Below are positions 18,279 to 28,077 of a DNA stretch of 64,000 nucleotides, piece after piece. The stretch's first letter is position 1, and each line of letters opens with the position of its first letter. Made by a program: the position numbers and the translations under genes. The DNA is from Candidatus Marinacidobacterales bacterium (GTDB taxonomy: Bacteria; Acidobacteriota; Vicinamibacteria; Marinacidobacterales; SMYC01): contig CBDCYI010000005.1 in the NCBI GenBank assembly GCA_965224085.1, forward strand, positions 576,001 to 640,000, in the 5' to 3' direction. The notes beneath the pieces were generated by a model. The model was not told the origin of the DNA. It made no database searches and was given only the letters and a program-made list of their open reading frames with translations.

Positions 18279-19181
18279 TCACTCGAAAATGGAATAGCCG
18301 CTGGTCGCGGTTTCCTGCGCAAACAGCTCCGAGAGTCGCTTCGTCGTCGCGCCCACTTCGCCGCTACCGATCCTCCTTCCGTCGAGAGATACCACGCCCG
18401 CGAGCTCACCCATCGTTCCGGTGCAGAACATCTCCTCTGCGCGATAGGCATCGGCCTGGGAGATGCGTGCGATCCGGGACACGATCGGTTCGCGCTCGCA
18501 GATATCCAGAACCGTTTGTCGTGTGATCCCCTCCGGGCAGGCGTCTGCGGGGCTCGTCGTCACCAAGCCGCCCGTTACCAAAAAAACGTGGGTCCCGTTC
18601 GCCTCGGCGATGAACCCCTCCCGATCGAGCATTAGCGCCGTGTCGACGCCCGCGACGTTGGCTTCGACCTTCGCCAGAATGGACTGGATCAAATTGTTGT
18701 GGTGAATCTTGGGATCCAGGCAATCGGGCGGAAACCGTCGGATGGAGCTCGTGATCATCGTCAGGCCGGTCTTGTCGTAGACGGGCGCTTTCCACTCCGG
18801 CAACACGATGAGGGTCGCGCCTGATTGGTTCAGCCGCGGGTCCATACCGGACGTGACCTTGTCACCGCGGGTGAGCGTCAGCCGGATGTGGACTCCGTCC
18901 GTCATGTGGTTGGCCTCTAACGTGCGGCGAATTTCGCGGATGATCTCCTCGTGCCCTGGGATCTCTGCAAAGGCCATAGCCTTTGCCGACCCGCGGAGCC
19001 GATCCAAGTGCTCGAGCAGCCGGAAAATACGTCCTTGGTAAAGTCGGAGTCCCTCCCAAACCCCGTCACCCCCCTGTACGATGCTGTCAAACGGGCTCAC
19101 ACCGGCCTGGTCGCGGTGCACGAGAGTGCCGTTGATGTTGACGATGAGGTCCTTGTTGCGGGGATCTGCGGTCTGAAGCAT
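18279..19181 (-). CDS. Class IV PLP aminotransferase (BCAT/4-amino-4-deoxychorismate lyase-like)
   Basis: GDGVWEGLR, HLDRL, EANGTH, PEGITR, TGTMGE; ATG at 19181 with AGGAG. Confidence 0.9.
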   Translation of the reverse strand: MLQTADPRNKDLIVNINGTLVHRDQAGVSPFDSIVQGGDGVWEGLRLYQGRIFRLLEHLDRLRGSAKAMAFAEIPGHEEIIREIRRTLEANHMTDGVHIRLTLTRGDKVTSGMDPRLNQSGATLIVLPEWKAPVYDKTGLTMITSSIRRFPPDCLDPKIHHNNLIQSILAKVEANVAGVDTALMLDREGFIAEANGTHVFLVTGGLVTTSPADACPEGITRQTVLDICEREPIVSRIARISQADAYRAEEMFCTGTMGELAGVVSLDGRRIGSGEVGATTKRLSELFAQETATSGYSIFE

Positions 19182-19189
19182 GACTACTC

Positions 19190-20524
19190 CTAAAGGGATG
19201 TGTCGCGGCGGCGGCCGCGCAGCCAGAAAAGCGAGACGGGAAGGCCAGAGGCCACGAAGGCGATGTCGACGAGCGAGTTCTCCCACTCGAGCACCGCCCG
19301 ACTCACGAGCAACGCGAGGACTCCCACCAGATAGATGGCTGGAAGGACCGGATAGCCCGGCATTCGAAACGCCGTCTTTTCCCCGACCTGCTCGCGACGC
19401 AACTTGAAAAGCGCGACGGTCGTTAGGCCGTAGAAAACGAGGATGGCGAAGACCATCCCGGAAGCGATGCTCTCAAAGGAGCCGCGAACGACCAGAATGA
19501 CGGCCGCCCAGCCCACGTGTGCGAGGATGGCCCGCGAGGGGCTACGGAAGCGGGAGTGCACGTGGTGCAGCCACTGGAAGAACAGCCCGTCCTTCGCCAT
19601 CGCGTAATAGACGCGGCTTGAGGACATCGTCGTGCCGTTGATGCTGCTGACGGCAGAGATGATCGCCAGCACGGCGACGACGCTCGCACCGAAGGGGCCG
19701 ACCATCATCGTCGCGACGTCCGACGCGGGAGTAGCCGTTGCCCGCAGCCCGTCCATACCGAGCGCGTAGTGATAGATCGTCACGACGGTCCAATAGATGA
19801 GAAGTACTATCCCGAGCCCCAGGACCATGCTGCGCGGGATGACATCGCGCGGGCTCTTCATTTCTCCGGCGACATAGCCCACACGATCCCATCCCGTATG
19901 CGTGAACACGATGAGCATGAGCGCGGGGATCACATTGCCGAGAAAGCCACGGTCTGGAAGCGGCGGCAACCGCGCGCCGAGGTGATTCTCCGTTTCGCGG
20001 AGAAGCACGGCGAAGAGCACGGCGAAGAGTATCAACCCTCCCACTTTCACGACCGTCGTCATTTTCTGGAAGCGACTCGCCCACCGGATGCCGATATAGT
20101 TGAACGCACCCACGAGCGCGAGAATGGCCAAGGCAGAAGCGGTGTGGGACCACCCAGAGTGCGGTACGAAATACCCGATGTAGTCCGAGGCAACGAGGGC
20201 GAGGCCGGCACCCGGGCTCGTCCGGATGATGAGAAGCTGCGCCCAGCCAAACATGAATCCCGCGAACGGCCCGAAACACGTGGTGATATAGGCGTATTCG
20301 CCACCCGTCGCAGGAAGCCGCGTCCCGAGCTCGGCGTAGATCAGACCTCCGACGAGAACGAACAGGCCGACCACTACCCAGCAGGTCATGACCGCCGCAT
20401 AGGACTCGAGGTAGCCGGCGATGAGGTAAGGAGTGGAATAAATGCCGGAGCCGATCGTGATCCCGATCAGAAGGGCAACGCCGTCAAAGGTCCGAAGGGA
20501 TTTCTGAAGTTTGGGCTGGGCCAT
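19190..20524 (-). CDS. APC-family amino acid permease
   Basis: GITIGSGIY, YAELG..LP.TGGEY, SRVYYAMAKDG; multiple TM segments. Confidence 0.9.
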   Translation of the reverse strand: MAQPKLQKSLRTFDGVALLIGITIGSGIYSTPYLIAGYLESYAAVMTCWVVVGLFVLVGGLIYAELGTRLPATGGEYAYITTCFGPFAGFMFGWAQLLIIRTSPGAGLALVASDYIGYFVPHSGWSHTASALAILALVGAFNYIGIRWASRFQKMTTVVKVGGLILFAVLFAVLLRETENHLGARLPPLPDRGFLGNVIPALMLIVFTHTGWDRVGYVAGEMKSPRDVIPRSMVLGLGIVLLIYWTVVTIYHYALGMDGLRATATPASDVATMMVGPFGASVVAVLAIISAVSSINGTTMSSSRVYYAMAKDGLFFQWLHHVHSRFRSPSRAILAHVGWAAVILVVRGSFESIASGMVFAILVFYGLTTVALFKLRREQVGEKTAFRMPGYPVLPAIYLVGVLALLVSRAVLEWENSLVDIAFVASGLPVSLFWLRGRRRDTSL

Positions 20525-20589
20525 TCAAATGTACGCGCTGAAGTGCCACTTTATGGCATGCAGACTCGCGAAGCGTCGAACGCGTAGGT

Positions 20590-20770
20590 CGGGCGACTCC
20601 CCGACGCGCTCCGGCTACCATCCCTCCTGCAGATGATCGAATCGGATCAGGCGAGGGGCACACTCGTCATCCTTCATGGCGGGCGGAAGGTGAGCTTCCA
20701 TATCCACCGAGGGGTGGTGCGCGTCATGCGAGCGTCGGTCTGGCCAAGGGTTGGCCATTTCCAGTGCCTT
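20590..20770 (+). pseudogene. DUF4388 (PatA_N-like) fragment
   Basis: Manual translation: LRLPSLLQMIESDQARGTLVILHGGRKVSFHIHRGVV; no start codon or full gene. Confidence 0.45.
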
Positions 20771-20863
20771 TCGTCCCAAGATGTCGGCGACTAGACGTAC
20801 GGAATCACACGGCGGCGACGGTTGAGTTCGAATTTTGAGCTCCGGCGTCCAACCGCCGTGCCA

Positions 20864-22162
20864 TCACTCCGCGCTTTCGGCTGTCCAACGCGCGCTCAAG
20901 GCGACACGGTCGACCTTTTCCCCGCGCAAGTACACCGCGAAGACTCGCCGCGTGTTGGTGATGTCGTCGAGCGGGTTCGCCGTGAGCACGACGAAGTCCG
21001 CGCTCTTACCCACTTCGACGCTACCGATCTCCGTCAGGCCCGCCACGTCTGCGGCGTTGCGCGTGGCGGAGACGAGCACCTGCCCGGGTGTCATCCCGGC
21101 CGCGACCATATCCTCCATCTCGACGTGCGGGGCCCAGGGATTGTTGCCGTCGGTACCGAAGGCGATCCGCATGCCCTCCTCGCTGAGCCGCGCCAGATTG
21201 CGCGCCTGGATGGCGAACGATGCCTGGGCCTCCGGCCGCTCCGTCGCCGCGGCCTGCATCTCCGCAAGCTCCTCAGGTGGCATCGAGCCGCTCAACCAAT
21301 CGAGGTCCGTGGGTATGCCACGATTGGGCATATTCGGCACCAGCACCACGTTCGGGCGCTCTTTAACGAGCTCCACGAACTCGTCGTCGACGTCCTGGTC
21401 GCGGACGCCGTGCGCGAAGGCATCGATGCCCGCGCGCAGGAGTCCTTTCGCGTCTTCGAGGGCGAAGATATGGGCGGTGACCCGCACGTCGTTCTGGTGT
21501 GCCTCGTCGATGATCGCGCCGTAGAGCTCGGGGCTCAGCTTCTCGTACTGCCGGTTCCGGTTGTCGACCCAGATTTTAATAATGTCGACGTTGCGGGCCG
21601 CTTCGTCGCGAACGGCCTGCCGGGCTTCTTCCTCGGTCGTCACCCAGTGGGGCACGTCCGAGCGTCCTGGCTCGGGCGACGTGATGCCGCGCCCGGCCGA
21701 CCGGTACTGCCCCGCACCTGGAATGAGCTCGCCGCGTACTTCGAGCGGCGCACCCTCACCATCATGCCCCAAGCTCATGGCCGCCCCGACCCCGTGATAG
21801 GCGCGACGCTCGAGATCCTCGATGAGCGCTTCACGCGTGGTGCCAAGGTGCGTGTGGGCATCGACGATCGTAGGGATCACGGTCATGCCGGCCAGATCCA
21901 CTCGTTTCGCGCCCGCGGGCACGTCCACCTCGCCGGCCGCGCCCACCGCCAGGAACTGGCCGTTGTCGACCGCGAACGTGGCGTTCTCGATAATCTGCCC
22001 GTTGCCCACGATGAGCCGCGCCCCCTCGTACACCGTGGCGGTCTCCGGCTCTTCGGCCGCCTGTTCGGGGTCCGGACCCGAGCAGGCTGACATCGCCAAA
22101 AAGGTCAACAACAGCCCGGCGGTGACGTTCGGTACGTGCCATTCGTTCTTCATTCGGTACAT
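20864..22162 (-). CDS. Amidohydrolase (HutI-like), possible lipoprotein
   Basis: DAHTH, TAH, FAHG, FGTDG, GSVEVGKSADFVVL. Confidence 0.9.
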   Translation of the reverse strand: MYRMKNEWHVPNVTAGLLLTFLAMSACSGPDPEQAAEEPETATVYEGARLIVGNGQIIENATFAVDNGQFLAVGAAGEVDVPAGAKRVDLAGMTVIPTIVDAHTHLGTTREALIEDLERRAYHGVGAAMSLGHDGEGAPLEVRGELIPGAGQYRSAGRGITSPEPGRSDVPHWVTTEEEARQAVRDEAARNVDIIKIWVDNRNRQYEKLSPELYGAIIDEAHQNDVRVTAHIFALEDAKGLLRAGIDAFAHGVRDQDVDDEFVELVKERPNVVLVPNMPNRGIPTDLDWLSGSMPPEELAEMQAAATERPEAQASFAIQARNLARLSEEGMRIAFGTDGNNPWAPHVEMEDMVAAGMTPGQVLVSATRNAADVAGLTEIGSVEVGKSADFVVLTANPLDDITNTRRVFAVYLRGEKVDRVALSARWTAESAE

Positions 22163-22375
22163 CAGATCCTCCCAGCAAAAAGAAGTGATAGGACTAGCAC
22201 TTTGTTCCGCTCTCTCGGCACGCTTTTACCGAGCGACCCGAACCGTTCCTTCTCCAACAAGGACCGACGCACACCCCTGATAATCGCATGGTCTTTATCC
22301 CAGGTTCGGCGCGGGTGCCGGAAACCGGTCGCATCCCCTGTGAAAACGCTTGTTATAACACAAATGGTAATTAAT

Positions 22376-22940
22376 CTAGTGACGGGCGTCGGGATAATGG
22401 TCGGCGTCGGCGTAGATGATGCGCCAGCTGCCGTCGCGAAGACTCCAGACGAACGTCGTTGGCCCTCGCAGTCGCGTCGTCACGCCATCTCCGTCGGTCA
22501 CGATATCTCGAAAGACAAGCGACACGAACGCCTGGTCTCGCGCAAGCACCGTCACTTCGACGTCCGACCACGTCGTCTCGAACCGCTGCAGTGCCGGCAT
22601 CGTCGACCGGATCTGCGCCGCCACCGATTCGTAGTCGACCCGAGCCCCGTCCGCATACATATAGAAGTCGGGTGCGATGAAGTCAAGGATGGCCTCGACG
22701 TCGCGCCGGCGCTCAGCGTCCGCGAACGCATCCACCGCCGCCAGCACGCTCCCCTCGTAGTTGCCGATCGCCTCGTAAACGAGGGACTTGTCGCCGAGTT
22801 CGCGGTCCAAGCGCGCAATGGATCGTTCCAAGACGTCGGGCTTAAAGAGCACAAAAGCCCGGGAGGGATCGATCCTCCCCCGCTGCTTGTGAAACCGCCA
22901 TTGCCGCGACGAGAACGAGCAGGGAGTGGTAGGGCATCAT
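22376..22940 (-). pseudogene. Chimeric, frameshifted gene: secreted-protein N-terminus joined to an NTF2/SnoaL-like domain
   Basis: Signal peptide MMPYHSLLVLVAAMAV, frameshift in a T run near 22855; NTF2-like C-terminus TFVWSLRDGSWRII. Confidence 0.55.
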
Positions 22941-23076
22941 GGCATCCTCCTTTGCTCGAAGAGTCTAAACGCCAGGGCGCGTCGCGTCATCTCCTCGGCT
23001 CGGTTGATGAGTTTCATGATGCGTCGGCGCATGAGCGAGCACGCACAAAGATGACGTCTGTCGGTGAAGGTGAGAA

Positions 23077-25686
23077 CTAGAACCGAAAGAGACGCGTGAG
23101 CTTCAAGACGACGCTGCGGTTCTCGAGGTGCGGGTAACCGGAGGAGAAGGTGTCGCGCCCGTCGCTATAGACGACGAAGAGGTCGCTTCCCGGTTTGTAC
23201 TCCCAGCGGAAACGAACGTTGGTCGAAAGGCTGTTCGCTTCGGAGTTGTATTGAACCAAAGCACCCACGAAACTTCGTGGCGACATGGTGTAGGTCGCGC
23301 GAAGTCGAATGAGATTCGTCGTGAAGGACCCTTCGGCGAGATCGATCCAGTTCAATGACAAGTTGGGCTCGAGAGAGAACCGTGAGGTAACGTCGACGCG
23401 GCCGCGCCAGGTGAGCTCGGTTCTCGTTCCGCTGAAAAAGCTTCCCACCTCGGCTCCCAAAAAGCCGGACACGGGGCGGTGGCTGCTGAAATAGAAGAAC
23501 ATCCGAACCCGGTCGAAGTTGTACGCGCCCGCCGGGATCGTCACCCAGTCGCTAATCTCGAAGGGCTCAAAGAGAAACTCGAAGCTCCGCTCGTAAGTGA
23601 CGTTCGAGAAGTCGCCGCTCTCGAAGCGGGTGCGCGCCTCGAGCTCGAACTGCTTCGTTTCGACGTCGCCGGCCGTCGTCTCGAGGTAGTTGTACTTTGC
23701 CTCGAACTCGAACTGGCGTATGGCGGCGATGCCTCGCGGCCGTGGACTATATCGTAGCGATCCGGACGTCTTGCGGATATCGTCGCGACGGACGAACCCG
23801 ATCTCGGGGTTGAAGTTCGGATCGATCAAGAGGTGTTCCGCGTCGAAGCCGTATTTATCGTTTCGATAGCGAACGGAAGCGCGGTAGCTCGTGTCACCTG
23901 CCTCTACGTTCGGTGTGTCCGTACGCGCGTAGAAGGCGTTGAAGTTGAGGTTCTCGTAGAAGGTGAAATTTCCATCGAGCCCGTAGGCGGCGTTGGACCC
24001 GGTTCCGTCGAGGTTCTCGTTTCGGTAGGTTCCGATGAAGCCGATGGTGCTTCGCCTGAGCACGTCCCGCTTGATCCGCATGACGGAGAAGTTCGTCTGC
24101 GGAATCCCCGCCTCGTCGACGGACCGCGTCGAGATGTTCAGGAGCCCGAGGCTGAAGGGACCGGCTCTACCGGTAAGTCGGCCACCAGTAAGGATGGGGA
24201 CCTCGCTGCTCCCGCTCAGACCGATGCGCCGACTGAAAAAAAGGATCGGTGTGTCCGACTGGCCACCGAAACCTCCGCGCCGACCGGATTGGCGTCCACC
24301 GAAGTTGAAGATGCCCTGGCCTTCGAGGAAAAACTCGCGCTTCTCGGGGAAGAACAGACCGAACCGCGTCAGGTTCACCTGCGACTCGTCGTCCTCTACC
24401 TGGGCGAAATCTGTGTTGTAGGTAAAATCAGCCACGAGGCTCTTGGTCACTCCGTACTTGACGTCGACGCCGAGATCCGCATCACCCTGGTTCTCGAAAG
24501 GAACATCCGCCTCCAAGTTGGTCGTCGAAGACGCCGTCGCGTACGGCTTGACTTCGAGGTTCATCGACTTCGCGGGCGGTTCGATGCCGACCAGAGCGGC
24601 CGCCACGGACAGCTTCTTGATCCCATCGCGATTGAAGGCCGCGGGCATGGGGGTCAAGTAACTTCGCTCGTTCTTCCATTTGATGTTGCGCCGGAAGTTG
24701 ATGCCCCAGATTTGCGTGGCGCCGGCACGATACCGGAGCGACTTGAAGGGGATCGCCATCTCGACCGTCCAGCCCTCGGCGAAGCGTCCCGATTTGACAT
24801 ACCAGATCGTGTTCCAGTCGCTGTTCGTATTGCGCTCGTCTGTGACCTGCGCGTCGTAGAGCGCCCCGAGGGGATTTGTCTGGAAGAGAAAGCCGTTTCG
24901 GCGATCGTAGAACGTGTCCAAGATGACGGCGAAGCTGGAGCTGCTGAACTCGATTCTCCGGTTGTCGCGCCGCATCTCGTTGGCAACGATTCGTTCCGGG
25001 TGCGAGTCCCAGAGCCGCGCGGAAAAATAGACGTTCGACTCGTCGTAGAAGACCCACACCTCGGTCTCCTCGGTCGCAGGTCGCCCTTCCAGAGGTTCCT
25101 GCTGAATGAAACCGTCAATGGCCGGGGTCGTCGCATAGGCGCGTTCTTCGAGGCGCCCATCGACGTCGAGCGGTTCGTTCAAGCGAACGGCGCGCAGTGT
25201 GGCACGCCCTCCCTCGTCGCGCGTCAGGACCTCCGGATCCTCCGGCGCCGGAGGCCCGTCGATCAGGAGAGCTGGTGCGGCGTCGGCAGCCGGCCCGGTC
25301 TCGGTAAGGAGCGCGACGATGGGTGGCGCGGGTGTCACCGTCTCCGTTGGTAGAGGTTTCGGCTTGGGCGCGGGTGGTGGTGGTGAGGGCGGTGGTGGTG
25401 GTGGCGACGACGCCGGTGCGGCGGCCGCCAAAGGTGGGGCGCTACCGCCATTGGCCTCTTCGGTGGCCGCGAGATTGACATAAGAGCTCGGCACCGAGCG
25501 GAGCTTCCCGTCGGTAGTCGTAAACTGAACGGATGCACCTCTGATTTCGTAGGCCTGAATCGCCATGCGGCTGCCGTCGACGAACACAAGGGTTTGATTC
25601 GCCGTGGCGGCGGACGCTCCGGCCACGCATAGAGAAACAATCGCTACGAGGGTGAGGCGGGGTGTCATCGTCAGCCGGGTTGACAT
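23077..25686 (-). CDS. DUF5916/CBM9-like outer-membrane protein
   Basis: VDGRLEE, LDTFYD, WTVEMAIPFKSLRY, NTDFAQVE, FFPEKREFFLEG, C-terminal Phe. Confidence 0.9.
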   Translation of the reverse strand: MSTRLTMTPRLTLVAIVSLCVAGASAATANQTLVFVDGSRMAIQAYEIRGASVQFTTTDGKLRSVPSSYVNLAATEEANGGSAPPLAAAAPASSPPPPPPSPPPPAPKPKPLPTETVTPAPPIVALLTETGPAADAAPALLIDGPPAPEDPEVLTRDEGGRATLRAVRLNEPLDVDGRLEERAYATTPAIDGFIQQEPLEGRPATEETEVWVFYDESNVYFSARLWDSHPERIVANEMRRDNRRIEFSSSSFAVILDTFYDRRNGFLFQTNPLGALYDAQVTDERNTNSDWNTIWYVKSGRFAEGWTVEMAIPFKSLRYRAGATQIWGINFRRNIKWKNERSYLTPMPAAFNRDGIKKLSVAAALVGIEPPAKSMNLEVKPYATASSTTNLEADVPFENQGDADLGVDVKYGVTKSLVADFTYNTDFAQVEDDESQVNLTRFGLFFPEKREFFLEGQGIFNFGGRQSGRRGGFGGQSDTPILFFSRRIGLSGSSEVPILTGGRLTGRAGPFSLGLLNISTRSVDEAGIPQTNFSVMRIKRDVLRRSTIGFIGTYRNENLDGTGSNAAYGLDGNFTFYENLNFNAFYARTDTPNVEAGDTSYRASVRYRNDKYGFDAEHLLIDPNFNPEIGFVRRDDIRKTSGSLRYSPRPRGIAAIRQFEFEAKYNYLETTAGDVETKQFELEARTRFESGDFSNVTYERSFEFLFEPFEISDWVTIPAGAYNFDRVRMFFYFSSHRPVSGFLGAEVGSFFSGTRTELTWRGRVDVTSRFSLEPNLSLNWIDLAEGSFTTNLIRLRATYTMSPRSFVGALVQYNSEANSLSTNVRFRWEYKPGSDLFVVYSDGRDTFSSGYPHLENRSVVLKLTRLFRF

Positions 25687-25829
25687 CTGGACGTGCACGC
25701 GACTTACAGTAACACTCTACGCCCCCGGCCGCACCAGCCATCTTCAGTCCGGAGTCCCAACGAATATCCAGTACCCGGCGATGGGAGTTCACCTCGTCCG
25801 GCTCGCGGCGGCCGTGGTCCAGTTCGGCA

Positions 25830-25859
25830 TTGACACGCGAACCCGGTCTGCATTACAAT
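25830..25859 (+). promoter_or_regulatory. Sigma70-type promoter of feoAB
   Basis: TTGACA (25830-25835), 18-bp spacer, TACAAT (25854-25859). Confidence 0.7.
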
Positions 25860-25863
25860 AATG

Positions 25864-25886
25864 AATATGAAATCGGGTTTCATGTT
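25864..25886. promoter_or_regulatory. Fur-box-like palindromic operator
   Basis: aatATGAAAtcgggTTTCATgtt, between the -10 box and the feoA start. Confidence 0.65.
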
Positions 25887-25892
25887 TAACTT

Positions 25893-26156
25893 ATGAGCAC
25901 AACCTACGAGAAGGTGCCCGCCGCGTCCATGTCCCTGGCCGACCAGTCTCCCGGGTTTCGGGGCCGGATCCTTGCTCACAAGAATGGCGGTGTCGCTTTG
26001 CGCCTCCGGGAGCTCGGCTTTGTCGCGGGCACGGCGGTTTCCGTGGTTCGGCGCGGCCTTCTAGGCGGTCCTTTCGAGGTCGAGCTCCGCGGTTACCGTA
26101 TCTGCTTGCGCAGAAACGACATCGCTGCCATCGACGTCGAGCCCTTCATGTCCTGA
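25893..26156 (+). CDS. feoA: Ferrous iron transport protein A
   Basis: RLRELGFVAG...GGPFEVELRGYRICLRR; upstream of feoB. Confidence 0.9.
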   Translation: MSTTYEKVPAASMSLADQSPGFRGRILAHKNGGVALRLRELGFVAGTAVSVVRRGLLGGPFEVELRGYRICLRRNDIAAIDVEPFMS

Positions 26157-26163
26157 GCACGGA

Positions 26164-28068
26164 ATGAGCACCGCGGCTGTCCCCGTCTCGCCGCTACGTG
26201 TGGCGTTGGTCGGAGCGCCCAACTCGGGAAAAACCACCGTCTTCAATGCCTTGACGGGCGCGCGCGCAAGGGTCGGGAACTACCCTGGCGTCACGGTGGA
26301 GCGTCGCGAAGGCGCGATGCGGAAGAGCACGCGCGCAGTAAACGTGCTCGACCTGCCGGGAAGCTACAGCTTGAGGGGCGAGACCCTCGACGAGCAAGTC
26401 GTCGAGCGCGTGCTCGAGGGTGAGCTCGACGACAAGCCGGACGCGCTTCTAATCGTCGTCGATGCGACCACGCTTCAGCGAAGCCTCGCGATGGTGCTCG
26501 AAGCGCTCGAAGCGCACGCCGAGCTTCCTTCGGCGGTCGTCGTCACGATGATCGACGAAATGCGCGCCCGGGGCGGCAAGATCGACTTCAACAAGCTGTG
26601 CAAGACGCTCGGGACCCCTGTCTTTCCCGTTGTCGGTCACCGCGGTGTGGGGATCGACGCGGTCTTTCGCGCGCTCGAAAAACCGGAGGATTGGTCGCGG
26701 CCAAAGACGTTTCCGCGAAGTGAAGGGCCCGAAGCCCGCTTTGCGTGGGTCGACAAAGTCTGCGTGGACATTGGCGCGACGAAGATCAAGCCCGACAGCC
26801 GAAGCGACCGTGTCGATCGCTGGCTACTCCATCCTTTCGTCGGCGTCCTCGTCTTCGTGGCCGTCATGGTGCTCGTCTTCCAGAGCATCTTCAGCTGGGC
26901 CGTCCCCGCAATGGAAGGGATCGAGGCTTTCTTCGGTGAAGTGGGGCGGCTCTCCCGCGCCGTGCTGCCGGCAGGTATTCTGACCGATCTTTGGGCGGAC
27001 GGCATCGTCGCTGGAGTCGGCTCCGTCCTCGTTTTCCTGCCCCAGATCATCATCCTGTTTACGCTCATCCACTTTCTCGAAGACGTGGGCTACATGGCGC
27101 GGGCCGCGTTCGTCGTCGACCGGATCATGGGGTGGGTGGGCCTCCAGGGCCGCTCCTTCGTCGTGCTGCTCTCCTGCTCAGCTTGCGCGGTTCCGGGGAT
27201 CATGGCGGCGCGCACTATCCCGTCGCCTCGAGACCGTCTCGCAACGATCCTCGTGGCGCCTTTCGTGACGTGCTCGGCGCGACTTCCGGTCTACACGCTT
27301 CTGATCGCGGCTTTCATCCCTGCAGCAACCATCGGCGGTTTCGTCGGCGTGCAAGGCCTCGTGATGTTCTCGCTTTATCTTCTTGGAGCGCTAACGGCGC
27401 TCGCCGCGGCGGCCGTTCTCAAGGCCACCGTGGTGCGCGGCAAAATCGCCACGTTTTACATGGAGCTCCCTCCTTATCGGATGCCGACGTTGAAGCTTTT
27501 GGCCACGCAGGTCGCGCATAGCGCGCGCGCCTTTGTCCGGCGGGCCGGGACCATCATCTTTGCCGCGTCCGTCGTCGTCTGGGCAACTCTCAACTTTCCG
27601 CGCGCGGATGCCGGGGCCGAGATGACAGCCGAGGCGGCGGCGCAATCGCAGCTCGAAGTCAGCGTCGCGGGGCATATCGGCCGCGCCATCGAACCGGCGA
27701 TCGAGCCTCTCGGCTACGATTGGAAGATTGGTGTCGGCCTCATTGCGAGCTTGGCGGCGCGCGAAGTCATCGTCGCGACCCTCGCTCAGATCTACGCCGT
27801 GGGGGATCCAGACGATTTCGACGGCTTACGCGGCGCGCTTCGAAGCGACCTCAACCCCGAAACGGGAGAGCCCGTGTTCAACATCGCGGTCGCCCTGTCG
27901 CTTCTCGTGTTCTTCGTGTTCGCGCTCCAATGCACGTCGACGATCGTCATCATGGCGAAAGAGACGGGCTCGTGGAAGTGGCCGGCATTCGCTTTCAGCT
28001 ACATGTTCGCGCTCGCCTATCTGGCGAGCTTCATCACCTTCAAAGCAGCCTCCGCCTGGCTTCTCTAA
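26164..28068 (+). CDS. feoB: Ferrous iron transport protein B
   Basis: GAPNSGKTT, NYPGVTVE, DLPGSYSL, CSARLPVY, MELPPY. Confidence 0.95.
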   Translation: MSTAAVPVSPLRVALVGAPNSGKTTVFNALTGARARVGNYPGVTVERREGAMRKSTRAVNVLDLPGSYSLRGETLDEQVVERVLEGELDDKPDALLIVVDATTLQRSLAMVLEALEAHAELPSAVVVTMIDEMRARGGKIDFNKLCKTLGTPVFPVVGHRGVGIDAVFRALEKPEDWSRPKTFPRSEGPEARFAWVDKVCVDIGATKIKPDSRSDRVDRWLLHPFVGVLVFVAVMVLVFQSIFSWAVPAMEGIEAFFGEVGRLSRAVLPAGILTDLWADGIVAGVGSVLVFLPQIIILFTLIHFLEDVGYMARAAFVVDRIMGWVGLQGRSFVVLLSCSACAVPGIMAARTIPSPRDRLATILVAPFVTCSARLPVYTLLIAAFIPAATIGGFVGVQGLVMFSLYLLGALTALAAAAVLKATVVRGKIATFYMELPPYRMPTLKLLATQVAHSARAFVRRAGTIIFAASVVVWATLNFPRADAGAEMTAEAAAQSQLEVSVAGHIGRAIEPAIEPLGYDWKIGVGLIASLAAREVIVATLAQIYAVGDPDDFDGLRGALRSDLNPETGEPVFNIAVALSLLVFFVFALQCTSTIVIMAKETGSWKWPAFAFSYMFALAYLASFITFKAASAWLL

Positions 28069-28077
28069 CGGCTCCGC

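Noticed and set aside
25370-25410. GGT/CCG microsatellites (also near 9478 and 33395)
   Set aside because: They encode ordinary polyproline linkers
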